This document shows positions 1 to 8,518 of a stretch of DNA of 64,000 nucleotides, in pieces; position 1 is the first letter of the stretch; each line of letters opens with the position of its first letter. The position numbers and the translations under genes were made by a program. A model generated the notes under the pieces. The model saw only the letters and a list, made by a program, of their open reading frames with translations, was not told where the DNA came from and did no database searches. The stretch spans positions 3,968,001 to 4,032,000 of the forward strand of contig OZ219747.1 in NCBI GenBank assembly GCA_964291265.2. The letters are read 5' to 3'. Source of the DNA: Alphaproteobacteria bacterium. GTDB lineage: Bacteria; Pseudomonadota; Alphaproteobacteria; SP197.

Positions 1-2
1 GT

Positions 3-149
3 TCCGAAGAAATCGTTACTGATCACCCTTCCCGACTGCTGCCGACCTCCCTACCTGCGGTTGTGAAGGCGCGAGAGCGGCGCGAATCGCCGCTTCGGTG
101 CGCCCGGTGCGGACGGGTCGTGACGCATGTGGTGCTGAGGGACCCGTGA
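3..149 (+). CDS. 3' end of an upstream ORF (partial, contains CxxC)
   Basis: Frame open from window start to TGA 147-149 (…SPLRCARCGRVVTHVVLRDP*), ending 32 nt before istA. Confidence 0.3.
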   Translation, partial: SEEIVTDHPSRLLPTSLPAVVKARERRESPLRCARCGRVVTHVVLRDP

Positions 150-181
150 TGCGGCGTTGAGGAACCAGAGGGAGGGAGTTC

Positions 182-1675
182 ATGGCGATCGACGAGGACA
201 CGCGGGCGACGATCGTGCGGCTGTCGCGGGCCGAGGGCTGGGCTGTGGGGACGATTGCCCGGCATCTCGGCGTGCACCACGGCACGGTGACGCGGGCGCT
301 CAAGGCGTCGGGGCAGGAGCGGCGGCCGCGGGCCAAGCTCATCGACCCCTTCGTTGCCTTCCTCGGGGAGCGTCTTGAGGCGTCGCCGGACCTTCCGGCC
401 AGCACGCTCTGGCGACAGGTCGTGGCCCTGGGCTACCGCGGCGGCGAGGATCACTTCCGTCACGACCTGCGCCGCCTCGGGCTGAGGCCGGTGAAGAGGC
501 CCGAGCCGTCGCTGCGGCTGAGCTTCCTTCCGGGCGAGCAGGCGCAGGTTGACTGGGCCGAGTTCGGGAAGGTCCGCATTGGCCGGGCGGAGCGCAGGCT
601 CATGGGGCTTCTCGTCACCCTCAGCTACTCGCGCCAGACTGTCCTGAGCCTGTTCCACGACGCGCGGATGGCCAGCTTCCTGCAAGGCCATGTCGAGGCT
701 TTCGCGGCATTCGGGGGTGTGCCGCGGAGGCTTCTGTACGACAACCTGAAGAGTGCCGTGGTGACGCGCCGCGGCAAGGCGGTCACCTATCATCCGATGC
801 TGCTCGGCCTTGCGGCCCACTATGCCTTCGAACCGAGCGCCGCCTGGCCCAGGAGCCCGCAGGAGAAGGGCCGCGTGGAACGCCGTGTGCGCTTCGCGCG
901 CACCGGGTTCTTCGCCGGGCGCGACATCACGGTCCCGCTCGGCGAGCTCAACGCCGCAGTTCGGGAGTGGTGCTTCGGCGCCGCCGCGGAGCGGCCCTGG
1001 CCGGACGACGACAGTCTCCTGGTGCGGGACGCCTTCGCCCGGGAGAGGGAGCACCTGATCGTCCTTCCCGTCGACCCCTTCCCGCATCACGAGGTCCGCC
1101 CGGTGCGCATCGACAAGACCTGCCACGCCCGCTTCGACACCAACGACTACAGCGTTCCGGGTAGCTTCTCCAAGGCCCTGCTGACGCTGGTCGCCGACCG
1201 CGACGAGGTTCGCATCCTCGACGGCGCCGACGAGGTCGCGCGCCACCGACGCTCCTACGACAGGAAGCAGGCCGTCACCGATCCGGAGCATGCCAGGGCG
1301 ATCGCCGCGGGCAAGCGGCGGGCCCGCTCCATGAGCGTCCGCGACCGGGTCCTGCGCACCGTGCCGCGGGCCGAGGAGATGCTGGCGCGCGCCGGGACCA
1401 ACGGGCGCAACGTGGCCTCCTGCGCCCGGATGCTGGAGACGCTTCTCAACGCGCACGGCGCCGACGCTCTCGACCGGGCTGTCGCCACGGCGCTGGAGCG
1501 CGGCTCGTGCCACCCCGAAACCGTGCGCGTCATCATCGAGGAGCGCCGCCGGGAGCAGGGCCTGCCGCCCCTCAGCATCGCCGACGACGGCCGCGGCGGC
1601 CGTGGCACGACGCCGCGGGGGACCGCTCTCGACGCCTACGACAGGCCCGAAGCCAGCGCCAGGAACAAGACATGA
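182..1675 (+). CDS. istA: IS21-family transposase IstA
   Basis: N-terminal HTH (IARHLGVHHGTV); DDE motifs QVDW, LLYDNLK, QEKGRVE; RBS GGAGGGAG upstream. Confidence 0.92.
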   Translation: MAIDEDTRATIVRLSRAEGWAVGTIARHLGVHHGTVTRALKASGQERRPRAKLIDPFVAFLGERLEASPDLPASTLWRQVVALGYRGGEDHFRHDLRRLGLRPVKRPEPSLRLSFLPGEQAQVDWAEFGKVRIGRAERRLMGLLVTLSYSRQTVLSLFHDARMASFLQGHVEAFAAFGGVPRRLLYDNLKSAVVTRRGKAVTYHPMLLGLAAHYAFEPSAAWPRSPQEKGRVERRVRFARTGFFAGRDITVPLGELNAAVREWCFGAAAERPWPDDDSLLVRDAFAREREHLIVLPVDPFPHHEVRPVRIDKTCHARFDTNDYSVPGSFSKALLTLVADRDEVRILDGADEVARHRRSYDRKQAVTDPEHARAIAAGKRRARSMSVRDRVLRTVPRAEEMLARAGTNGRNVASCARMLETLLNAHGADALDRAVATALERGSCHPETVRVIIEERRREQGLPPLSIADDGRGGRGTTPRGTALDAYDRPEASARNKT

Positions 1676-2373
1676 GCGAGCTCAGGGAGCGTGCCCGGGC
1701 GCTCGGCCTCCACGGGCTCGTCGAACGCTGGGACGAGGTCGCCGGGACCGCATGGATCGAGGAGGTGGTCAGCGGCGAGGAACAGGCCCGCAGGGCCCGC
1801 AGCCACGAGCGCCGCCGCGCCGCGGCGCGGCTGCCCGCCTTCAAGCCCCTGGCGGACTTCGACTGGACATGGCCGCGCGACATCAGCCGGGCTCATGTCG
1901 AAGCGCTCCTCGGCCTCGGCTTCGTCGACCGTGCGGACAACGCCGTGCTCGTCGGCGGGCAGGGCACCGGAAAGACCATGATCGCCGCCAACGTGGCGCA
2001 CCAGGCCCTGCTGCACGGCCACACCGTCCGCTTCGAGAAGGCGCCGGAACTGCTCGAGGCACTCGCCGAGACCGTCTCGCGCAGCGAGCTGCGCCGCCGC
2101 CTCGCGATCCTCGCCAGGCCCCGCCTGCTCATCCTCGACGAAATCGGCTACGTGACCCTCGAAAGCCACCATGCCGACATCCTCTACGCCATCGTCTCGC
2201 GGCGCTATCAGCGCCGCTCGACCATGGTCACGACAAGCCTCGCCTTCGCCCAGTGGGACCGCGTCTTCCCCAGCGCCTCCGGCATCGCCGGCACCGTCGA
2301 CCGGCTCATGCACGACGCAACCCTCATCTCCATCGACAGCGACTCCTGGCGGCTCAGGCGTGAAACCCGATAA
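1672..2373 (+). CDS. istB: IS21-family AAA+ ATPase IstB
   Basis: ATGA overlap with istA stop; Walker A GGQGTGKT, Walker B LILDEIGY, C-terminal VDRLMH…SWR. Confidence 0.92.
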   Translation: MSELRERARALGLHGLVERWDEVAGTAWIEEVVSGEEQARRARSHERRRAAARLPAFKPLADFDWTWPRDISRAHVEALLGLGFVDRADNAVLVGGQGTGKTMIAANVAHQALLHGHTVRFEKAPELLEALAETVSRSELRRRLAILARPRLLILDEIGYVTLESHHADILYAIVSRRYQRRSTMVTTSLAFAQWDRVFPSASGIAGTVDRLMHDATLISIDSDSWRLRRETR

Positions 2374-3253
2374 ACCCCGCCGCGTCGACTTCGACGCCGT
2401 CAAGCGCATGCCGTTCGAACGCATCGCCGCCGACTGGGGATACGTCCGCGACGAACAGGCCTCGACACGCGCCAACCCCGTCCTGTGCGCACCCGGCCTG
2501 CCGAAGCTCGTCACGAAGTGCCTCAACAACGGACACTGGGTCTACTTCAACACCCAGAACGATGAAGACAACGGAACCGTCATCGACTTCATGCTCAACC
2601 GCGGACTGGCCTTCGCCGACATCTGCACCCGCTTCACAGCACCCGACACCGCGCCACGCGACTTCCGCAGCCTCTGGGCCGCGGCAACGCCCGATGCGGC
2701 CCCGGACTGGCTCACCGGGCGCGGCATCCTCCCGGAGACCCTCGACACCTGCCGCCCCCTGGTCCGCCGCGACCACAACGGACGCGTCCTCTTCGCCCAT
2801 CGCAACAGGAAGCGAAAGCTCACCGGCTTCGAGATCGGTCCCCCCGACGGACCGAAACGCTTCGCCACCGGTGGAACCCGAAGCCTGTTCGCCGTCCGCG
2901 CCGGAACCGCCGCGGACCTCGAGGCCCTCGTCATCACCGAAAGCGCCGTCGACGCCCTCAGCCTGGCCCAGATCGACCAATGTCCCCCCAGCCACGCCTT
3001 CCTCTCCACCGCCGGGGCACCCTCGCGAAGACAGCACGAACAGATCAGCCTCGCCGCAAGCAGCCTGCCCAACGTCAGGACCATCGTCCTCGCCCAGGAC
3101 CACGACGAGGCCGGAGAGCGACAGGCCGAAACCCTGCGCAAAAAGATGAAGCTCCCCTCCCACGTCTCGTTCCACAGACGCAGACCGCCGGAAAACGCCG
3201 ACTGGAACGACGTCGTCAACGCCAGGACCAAAGAACCACAAGCGAGATCATGA
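2360..3253 (+). CDS. DUF3991-like + TOPRIM domain protein (primase-like)
   Basis: GTG start overlapping istB end (alternative ATG 2408); DNGTVIDF, WLTGRGI, LTGFEI; TOPRIM motifs ITESAVDALS, STAG, LAQDHDEAG, DWND. Confidence 0.75.
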   Translation: MKPDKPRRVDFDAVKRMPFERIAADWGYVRDEQASTRANPVLCAPGLPKLVTKCLNNGHWVYFNTQNDEDNGTVIDFMLNRGLAFADICTRFTAPDTAPRDFRSLWAAATPDAAPDWLTGRGILPETLDTCRPLVRRDHNGRVLFAHRNRKRKLTGFEIGPPDGPKRFATGGTRSLFAVRAGTAADLEALVITESAVDALSLAQIDQCPPSHAFLSTAGAPSRRQHEQISLAASSLPNVRTIVLAQDHDEAGERQAETLRKKMKLPSHVSFHRRRPPENADWNDVVNARTKEPQARS

Positions 3254-3570
3254 CCACGTCCGTCACAAGGAGACCACTCATGCCCCTCACGCCCGCCGAA
3301 AAGCAGCGGCGATACCGGGAACGGCGCAAGGCCGGCATCCCTCCCGTCCACACCCCAAAGCACCGTGACCGGCGCTCGCGACCGCAACGCTGGAACGACG
3401 CCGTGGCCGAACTGCGCGCCCTGCAGGACGAATGGCGTGACCGCCTCGACAGCATCCCCGAAAGCCTCCGTGACACGCCTTACGGAGAACGCCTGCAGAG
3501 CGTCGCCGATGCCGACATCGAGGCCCTCGAGGACATCGAACCGCCACGCGGCTACGGAAGGGATACGTGA
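3250..3570 (+). CDS. small basic hypothetical protein
   Basis: ATGA overlap with TOPRIM stop (alternative ATG 3280 with AGGAG RBS); MPLTPAEKQRRYRERRK…IEPPRGYGRD. Confidence 0.7.
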   Translation: MTTSVTRRPLMPLTPAEKQRRYRERRKAGIPPVHTPKHRDRRSRPQRWNDAVAELRALQDEWRDRLDSIPESLRDTPYGERLQSVADADIEALEDIEPPRGYGRDT

Positions 3571-4140
3571 TCCCGCAAGACCCTTGAACGCGGTCACGCG
3601 TTACCATCCAGGAATGAGAACGTCTCACCCCGACGCGCCGCTCAGCCTCCCCGGGAAACTCCCGGGCCGTCCAAACGACACCGCATCACGAGACTGCCGC
3701 AGCCGCTGGCCGGACTGGCTTACAGGTCGCAGCATCCGCCCGAAAACACTCGACGCCTGCCGCACCCTGCAGGACGAATGGCGTGACCGCCTCGACAGCA
3801 TCCCCGAAACCCTCCGTGACACGCCTTACGGAGAACGCCTGCAGATCGTCGCCGATGCCGACATCGAGGCCCTCGAGGACATCGAACCGCCACGCGGCTA
3901 CGGAAGGGATACGTGATCCCGCAAGACCCTTGAACGCGGTCACGCGTTACCATCCAGGAATGAGAACGTCTCACCCCGACGCGCCGCTCAGCCTCCCCGG
4001 GAAACACCCAGGCCGTCCAAGCGACACCGCATCACGAGACTGCCGCAGCCTCTGAGCCGCAGAAACGCCCGATCCGCCGCCGGGCTGGCTCACAGGTCGC
4101 AGCATCCGCCCGAAAACACTCGACGCCTGCCGCACCCTGC
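3419..4140. repeat. imperfect tandem duplication, period 346 bp
   Basis: CTGCAGGACGAATGGCGTGACC at 3421 and 3767; copies differ by a few substitutions and one 24-nt indel; CCCTGC microhomology at the junction. Confidence 0.9.
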
Positions 4141-4357
4141 GCCGCCGCCACCGCAACGCACGCAGCCTCTTCGCCCAGCGCAACAGAAACCGTCAGCTCT
4201 CCAGCCTCGAGATCGTCCCGCCCGACGAACCACGACGAGGACGGAGAACGCCAGAACAAGACCCCGCGCAAAAGCCTGAAGCTCCCCTCCCACATCACGT
4301 TCCACAAACGCCGACCGAAACGACATCGTCACAACGTCAACGTCAACGCAAGACCAA
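4022..4357 (+). pseudogene. degenerate, internally deleted copy of the TOPRIM gene
   Basis: 4022-4229 aligns with ~2644-2851 and 4229-4357 with ~3099-3231 (about 80% identity by eye); in-frame stop where the gene has TGG. Confidence 0.8.
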
Positions 4358-4444
4358 TGGGATCCAACAATAGGCAGAAAGCAAAGACCGGGCGGACCTT
4401 CGTCCAATGCCGCACGTTCTCCTGTCGTGATCACCCACTCACAC

Positions 4445-4988
4445 GATCAGCGCTCAAAAGAGCGGTTCTCCGCCAATATCCCGCCGTTCTAAATCGCCGC
4501 CGACAGCCGCCATGCCCGGACGGTGTGCAGGATGGCCATGAAACGGTGCAACCGGCAGCACCACGTCTCGCGGAAGCTGGCCGGCGGAACGGTCGTCGTG
4601 GAAGGTCCGAAGACCGCCAACATGACCAGGAGTGCAAAGGGCACGGTCGAGCATCCCGGGACGAACGTGAAGGCGAAGTCCGGGCTGAACCGCGGGATCC
4701 TCACCACCGTCTGGTGTTGAGTTGCGGGCGATGCTCGCCTGCAAGGCTCCACGCCTCGTCTGAGGTGAACGCGGCGCATGTCAGCCAGACGTGTGCGGAG
4801 TGCAACAACGACTTGACGCCGCCTCGCGTCCGTCGCAGGCGACATTCACATGCGTGGCCTCATGCCATGCGGACCTGAATGCGGCCCGCAACATCAGGCG
4901 CCGGGGACTGGCGCATCTGCACGGGGATGGAGCGTTGCCGCCAGGCACTCCGATGATCCGTGACACGGATCGCAGACTGGCGGCATGA
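4445..4988 (+). pseudogene. tnpB: IS200/IS605-family TnpB remnant (5'-truncated, frameshifted)
   Basis: VVVEGPKTANMTRSAKGTVEHPGTNVKAKSGLNRGIL, SQTCAEC zinc finger and HADLNAARNI (RuvC-III) in different frames. Confidence 0.85.
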
Positions 4989-5065
4989 GCCTTTCAGTCA
5001 ACGATACAAGCTTCTGGTCAGTGACGGCCGGAGTGCCGTCAGCATGTGATCCACGTGCCGGATTT

Positions 5066-5980
5066 CTAGTGAGGCCGTTCGCCTTCGATGACGATGCGTC
5101 TCAGGTGGCGGCGGTGGCCGGGATAGTCGCTGTGGGCGTAGTGGAGGCAGCAGCGGTTGTCCCAGATCGCCAGGGACTTCGGTTTCCAGTTCAGGCGGCA
5201 GGTGAATTCAGGAACGATGGAGTGCTTCCAGAGCCGGCGCAGCAAGGGGAGACTCTCCTGTTGCGACCTGCCCTCGAAGCGGGCGGTGAAGGAGTCGCAG
5301 GTATAGAGTGCCTTGCGGCCCGTGACCGGGTGCGTTCGACAGATCGGGTGCAGGACCTCGTTGAACTGGCCCTCGGAATAGAGAATGGGCGTTGCCGTGT
5401 TGTTGGTCACTTCCTGATCAGTCGACGTGGTGCCATACCCCAACGCCGAGGAATTGACGCAGCGGACGCTGGCGAGTTCGGTCTTCAGCGCCTCGTCGAG
5501 CGTTTCCCAGGCGAGGTACTGGTTGGAGAAGGCCGTGTCCCCTCCGACCGGCGGACAGGAGACGGCGTAGGCCATCGTGTACTTCGGCGGACGCTCGAAG
5601 TTGCATGAATCCGAATGCCAACTGCTGCCGAAGGCGTACTTGTCTTGAGGCTCCTGGATGAGTTCGGTGATCTCCGGATAGTCCTCCATCTTCCGCGCAT
5701 AGGGCCACGGCAGCGGCCTACCGAGACGCCGCGCCAGCTTCACCTGGTCCGATGGTTCGAGATCCTGGTCGCGAATCATCAGCGCGATGTGATCGATGAG
5801 CGCCCGTTCGAGTTCACCGACCGCCTCGTCGGAGACGTTCGACAGATCGATGCCCTCGATCACCGCACCGATCGCACCGGTGGCCGGTGTCACGGTGAAG
5901 TGACGGTAAGATCCGGGAGAGAACTGCGGCGCATGGGATACCGCAGCCTGGTAGGAGAATGTGGCGACGTATCCCGTCAT
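5066..5980 (-). CDS. TauD/TfdA family Fe(II)/2-oxoglutarate dioxygenase
   Basis: IGAVIEGIDLS, WHSD, HPICRTHPVTGRKALY, WDNRCCLH. Confidence 0.9.
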   Translation of the reverse strand: MTGYVATFSYQAAVSHAPQFSPGSYRHFTVTPATGAIGAVIEGIDLSNVSDEAVGELERALIDHIALMIRDQDLEPSDQVKLARRLGRPLPWPYARKMEDYPEITELIQEPQDKYAFGSSWHSDSCNFERPPKYTMAYAVSCPPVGGDTAFSNQYLAWETLDEALKTELASVRCVNSSALGYGTTSTDQEVTNNTATPILYSEGQFNEVLHPICRTHPVTGRKALYTCDSFTARFEGRSQQESLPLLRRLWKHSIVPEFTCRLNWKPKSLAIWDNRCCLHYAHSDYPGHRRHLRRIVIEGERPH

Positions 5981-6154
5981 GACCCGACACTCCCTTCATC
6001 ATCGCGAGCCGGAACCCACTATAGGCTCGCCGGAGGCTTCGCTCCATCGCTTAGGGCGTTGATCCATCGCCAGCCCGATCCGCTCGATTGGCCGGCGATT
6101 TCGTGGCGTCTATACTGCATCTTCTCAGGGTTCCCGGGAGTGTGGGTTGCGGTC

Positions 6155-7198
6155 ATGGACGACATCTCCAGACACACCTTGGACCCCGCCTCTCTCACCA
6201 CACCCCTTGATGCGGCGCGCGAGGTTCTGAGCGAAGCGGCTGCGTGTCTCGACGCGGCGGCAGACGCGATCGGTCCGGACTTCCTTGCCACGGCCGAGGC
6301 ACTCGGCGCGGCGGAGAGCCGCACGGTGGTGCTCGGCGTCGGAAAGTCCGGCCATATCGGCACCAAGTTCGTCGCCAGCCTGGTATCGACCGGCCATCGT
6401 GCCGCCTTCATCCATCCCCAGGAAGCGCTTCACGGTGATCTCGGGCAGGCACGGGATGCGACACTCGCCGTCCTGCTCACCCATTCGGGCGCGACCGACG
6501 AACTGCGCATCCTCACCCCCTACCTGAAGGACTTCGGTGCATGCATTGCCACTGTCACGGCCTTCCGGAACTGCCTCCTCGCCGAACACAGCGACTGGGT
6601 GATCGAGACCAGAGTAACCGACGAGGCGGGACTGCACCGTTTGGCGCCCACCTCCTCTTCGACCACCACGCTGTCGCTCTGCGATGCGCTGATGATTGCC
6701 AGTCTCACCATTCGCGGGTTCACCCGCGAACAGTTCCGTGGCCTTCATCCAGGAGGTCATCTCGGCCGCGGCCTGATGACGGTTCGCGACGTCATGCTGA
6801 AGGCGCCCACACTGCCCTGGGTGAAACCCGGTTCCTCGATCTGGGAGGTGCTCGATGTCATCACGACCGGTGCCCGGGGCTTTGCCGTGGTGTGCGAGAC
6901 CGACCCAGCCGCCCTGCCGCCGGTCGGTTCGGTCGGCGTCATCTCCGATGGCGATATCCGCCGGGCGCTGGCCGATCGTACCGGATTCGACGCTCTGACC
7001 GCGGATTCCATCATGACCGCCTCTCCCATAGCGATCGCATGCGATGCGCTGATGTTCGATGCCCTGCGGCTGATGGAGGAAAACCGCTTCACCTTCCTCG
7101 TGTGCGAGGATGAAGGCCGCCTCCAGGGCGCCGTTCACATGCACGAGATCCTGGCTCGTGATCTCGGTGTTCCGGTGCGTGGTGACCGCCTGCCCTGA
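6155..7198 (+). CDS. KpsF/GutQ sugar-phosphate isomerase (SIS + 2 CBS), arabinose-5-phosphate isomerase-like
   Basis: GVGKSGHIG, HPQEALHGDLG, APTSSSTT, HPGGHLG, CBS pair; start set to ATG 6155. Confidence 0.88.
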   Translation: MDDISRHTLDPASLTTPLDAAREVLSEAAACLDAAADAIGPDFLATAEALGAAESRTVVLGVGKSGHIGTKFVASLVSTGHRAAFIHPQEALHGDLGQARDATLAVLLTHSGATDELRILTPYLKDFGACIATVTAFRNCLLAEHSDWVIETRVTDEAGLHRLAPTSSSTTTLSLCDALMIASLTIRGFTREQFRGLHPGGHLGRGLMTVRDVMLKAPTLPWVKPGSSIWEVLDVITTGARGFAVVCETDPAALPPVGSVGVISDGDIRRALADRTGFDALTADSIMTASPIAIACDALMFDALRLMEENRFTFLVCEDEGRLQGAVHMHEILARDLGVPVRGDRLP

Positions 7199-7206
7199 CG
7201 AGCGGG

Positions 7207-7689
7207 TCAGTTGTTCTCGGTTTCCTTGGCCTGCTCCTGCCGGGCGAGGGCGTGCTGGCGATAGAGTCCGACAAAGTCGACCGGCTCCATGAGGAGCGGC
7301 GGGAAACCGCCATCGCGCACGACATCGGCAATGATCCGTCTGGCAAAGGGAAAGAGCATCCTCGGACCCTCGATGAGGAGCATGGGCGCCCGCGCCTGCT
7401 CATCGACATCGACCAGCGAGAACACACCCCGATAGTCGAGCTCGACCAGGAACCAGGGTTCTTCGCCCCTTGTCGCATTGACCATGATCCTCAACGCGAC
7501 CTCGTAGAACGCTTCCTGGACCTGGTGCGAGTCGATGTTGAGGTTGACCTCGATCTCGGGCTTGCTGTCAGCCGCCGCAGCAACGCTCGCCGCACCCCGC
7601 GGACTCTCGAACGAGAGGTCCCGCAGGAACTGCGTGTGCAGCCGAAGCTTCGCCTCTACCGGTTCCGCGGCAGCAGTTTCCTCAGCCAT
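7207..7689 (-). CDS. secB: protein export chaperone SecB
   Basis: QFLRDLSFESP, LFPFARRIIADVVRDGGFPPLLMEPVDF. Confidence 0.95.
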   Translation of the reverse strand: MAEETAAAEPVEAKLRLHTQFLRDLSFESPRGAASVAAAADSKPEIEVNLNIDSHQVQEAFYEVALRIMVNATRGEEPWFLVELDYRGVFSLVDVDEQARAPMLLIEGPRMLFPFARRIIADVVRDGGFPPLLMEPVDFVGLYRQHALARQEQAKETENN

Positions 7690-7794
7690 GCATGGATGCT
7701 CCCCGTTGCGTCAAGGTCCCGTTCATAACTGATTGTTGACCACTGTGCGACATGGGTCGTACGGGTCCGGGATGACGCACCCCAATCCACGGCG

Positions 7795-8104
7795 ATGTTG
7801 AGGCCAGTGGAATGGGTCGGTTCGAACAAGGCGGATCTGAAGCCTTGTCCCCGACCCGGTGCACCGTTCAAGGGGCTCAAGGGGCTTGGCTGCAGTGCGC
7901 CGGAACTCGTCTCGCGTCACGACGGCGATACGTTCAGGGCTGTCCACACGGTCCGGTTCGAGATCGCCGTCCATGTCCTCTACGCCTTTGAAGAAGAAGG
8001 CCCGGCGGGGCATCGCCACACCGCAGCGGGAACTCGACCTGGTGCGCCAGCGCCTTCGGGCCGCCGAGCGGCACTACCGTGCCCTCCCATCGTGGAGGCT
8101 GACG
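7795..8104 (+). pseudogene. RelE/HigB-type (phage gp49-like) toxin, deleted and frameshifted
   Basis: RPVEWVGSNKADL…DGDTFRAVHTVRFEIAVHVLYAF, then KKARRGIATPQRELDLVRQRL in a shifted frame. Confidence 0.75.
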
Positions 8105-8107
8105 GCA

Positions 8108-8430
8108 TGGAATCCAGCGACATCCCCGTCGAGCGCAGCAGCGGCAACGTCTTCGCCGGCCTCAACCTTCCCGATGCGGATGCGCACCTGGTCAAGGCTG
8201 AACTCGTCAGCCGCATCGACGATATCGTCCTCGCTCGCGGTATCACCCAGACCGAGGCCGCGCGGCTGCTCGGTCTCTCCCGGCTGCTGCACGGCGACTT
8301 CCGCGAATACTCGCTGGAGCGCCTGTTCCGCCTGCTGACCACACATCGGCCGGACCATCGAGATCGTCATCCGGCAGCCGCGCTCGGCCTGCGGAGGCAA
8401 GCTCCGCATTGCCGTCGCCGAAACCGTCTG
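8108..8430 (+). pseudogene. XRE/HigA-type antitoxin, frameshifted
   Basis: ERSSGNVFAGL…GITQTEAARLLG…SLERLFRLLT; C-terminus IEIVIRQP… in another frame. Confidence 0.75.
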
Positions 8431-8518
8431 ACCGCGCCCGCGTGTCCCGACCACCTGCTCTCGGTTGCCGGTGACGGTGTGCCGATCCGATCGAATCCTC
8501 CGGATCTTTCCAGGGGCA

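Noticed and set aside
3419-4140. CRISPR array
   Set aside because: Only two long near-identical units; no short repeat-spacer pattern or cas genes anywhere in the window.
2644-4357. Diversity-generating retroelement (TR/VR pair) suggested by the A-rich copy of the TOPRIM gene
   Set aside because: More than half of the differences are not at adenines, the copy has deletions, and there is no reverse transcriptase in the window.
5615-6154. Long N-terminal extension of the KpsF-like protein
   Set aside because: It overlaps the antisense strand of tauD; family similarity begins near 6155.
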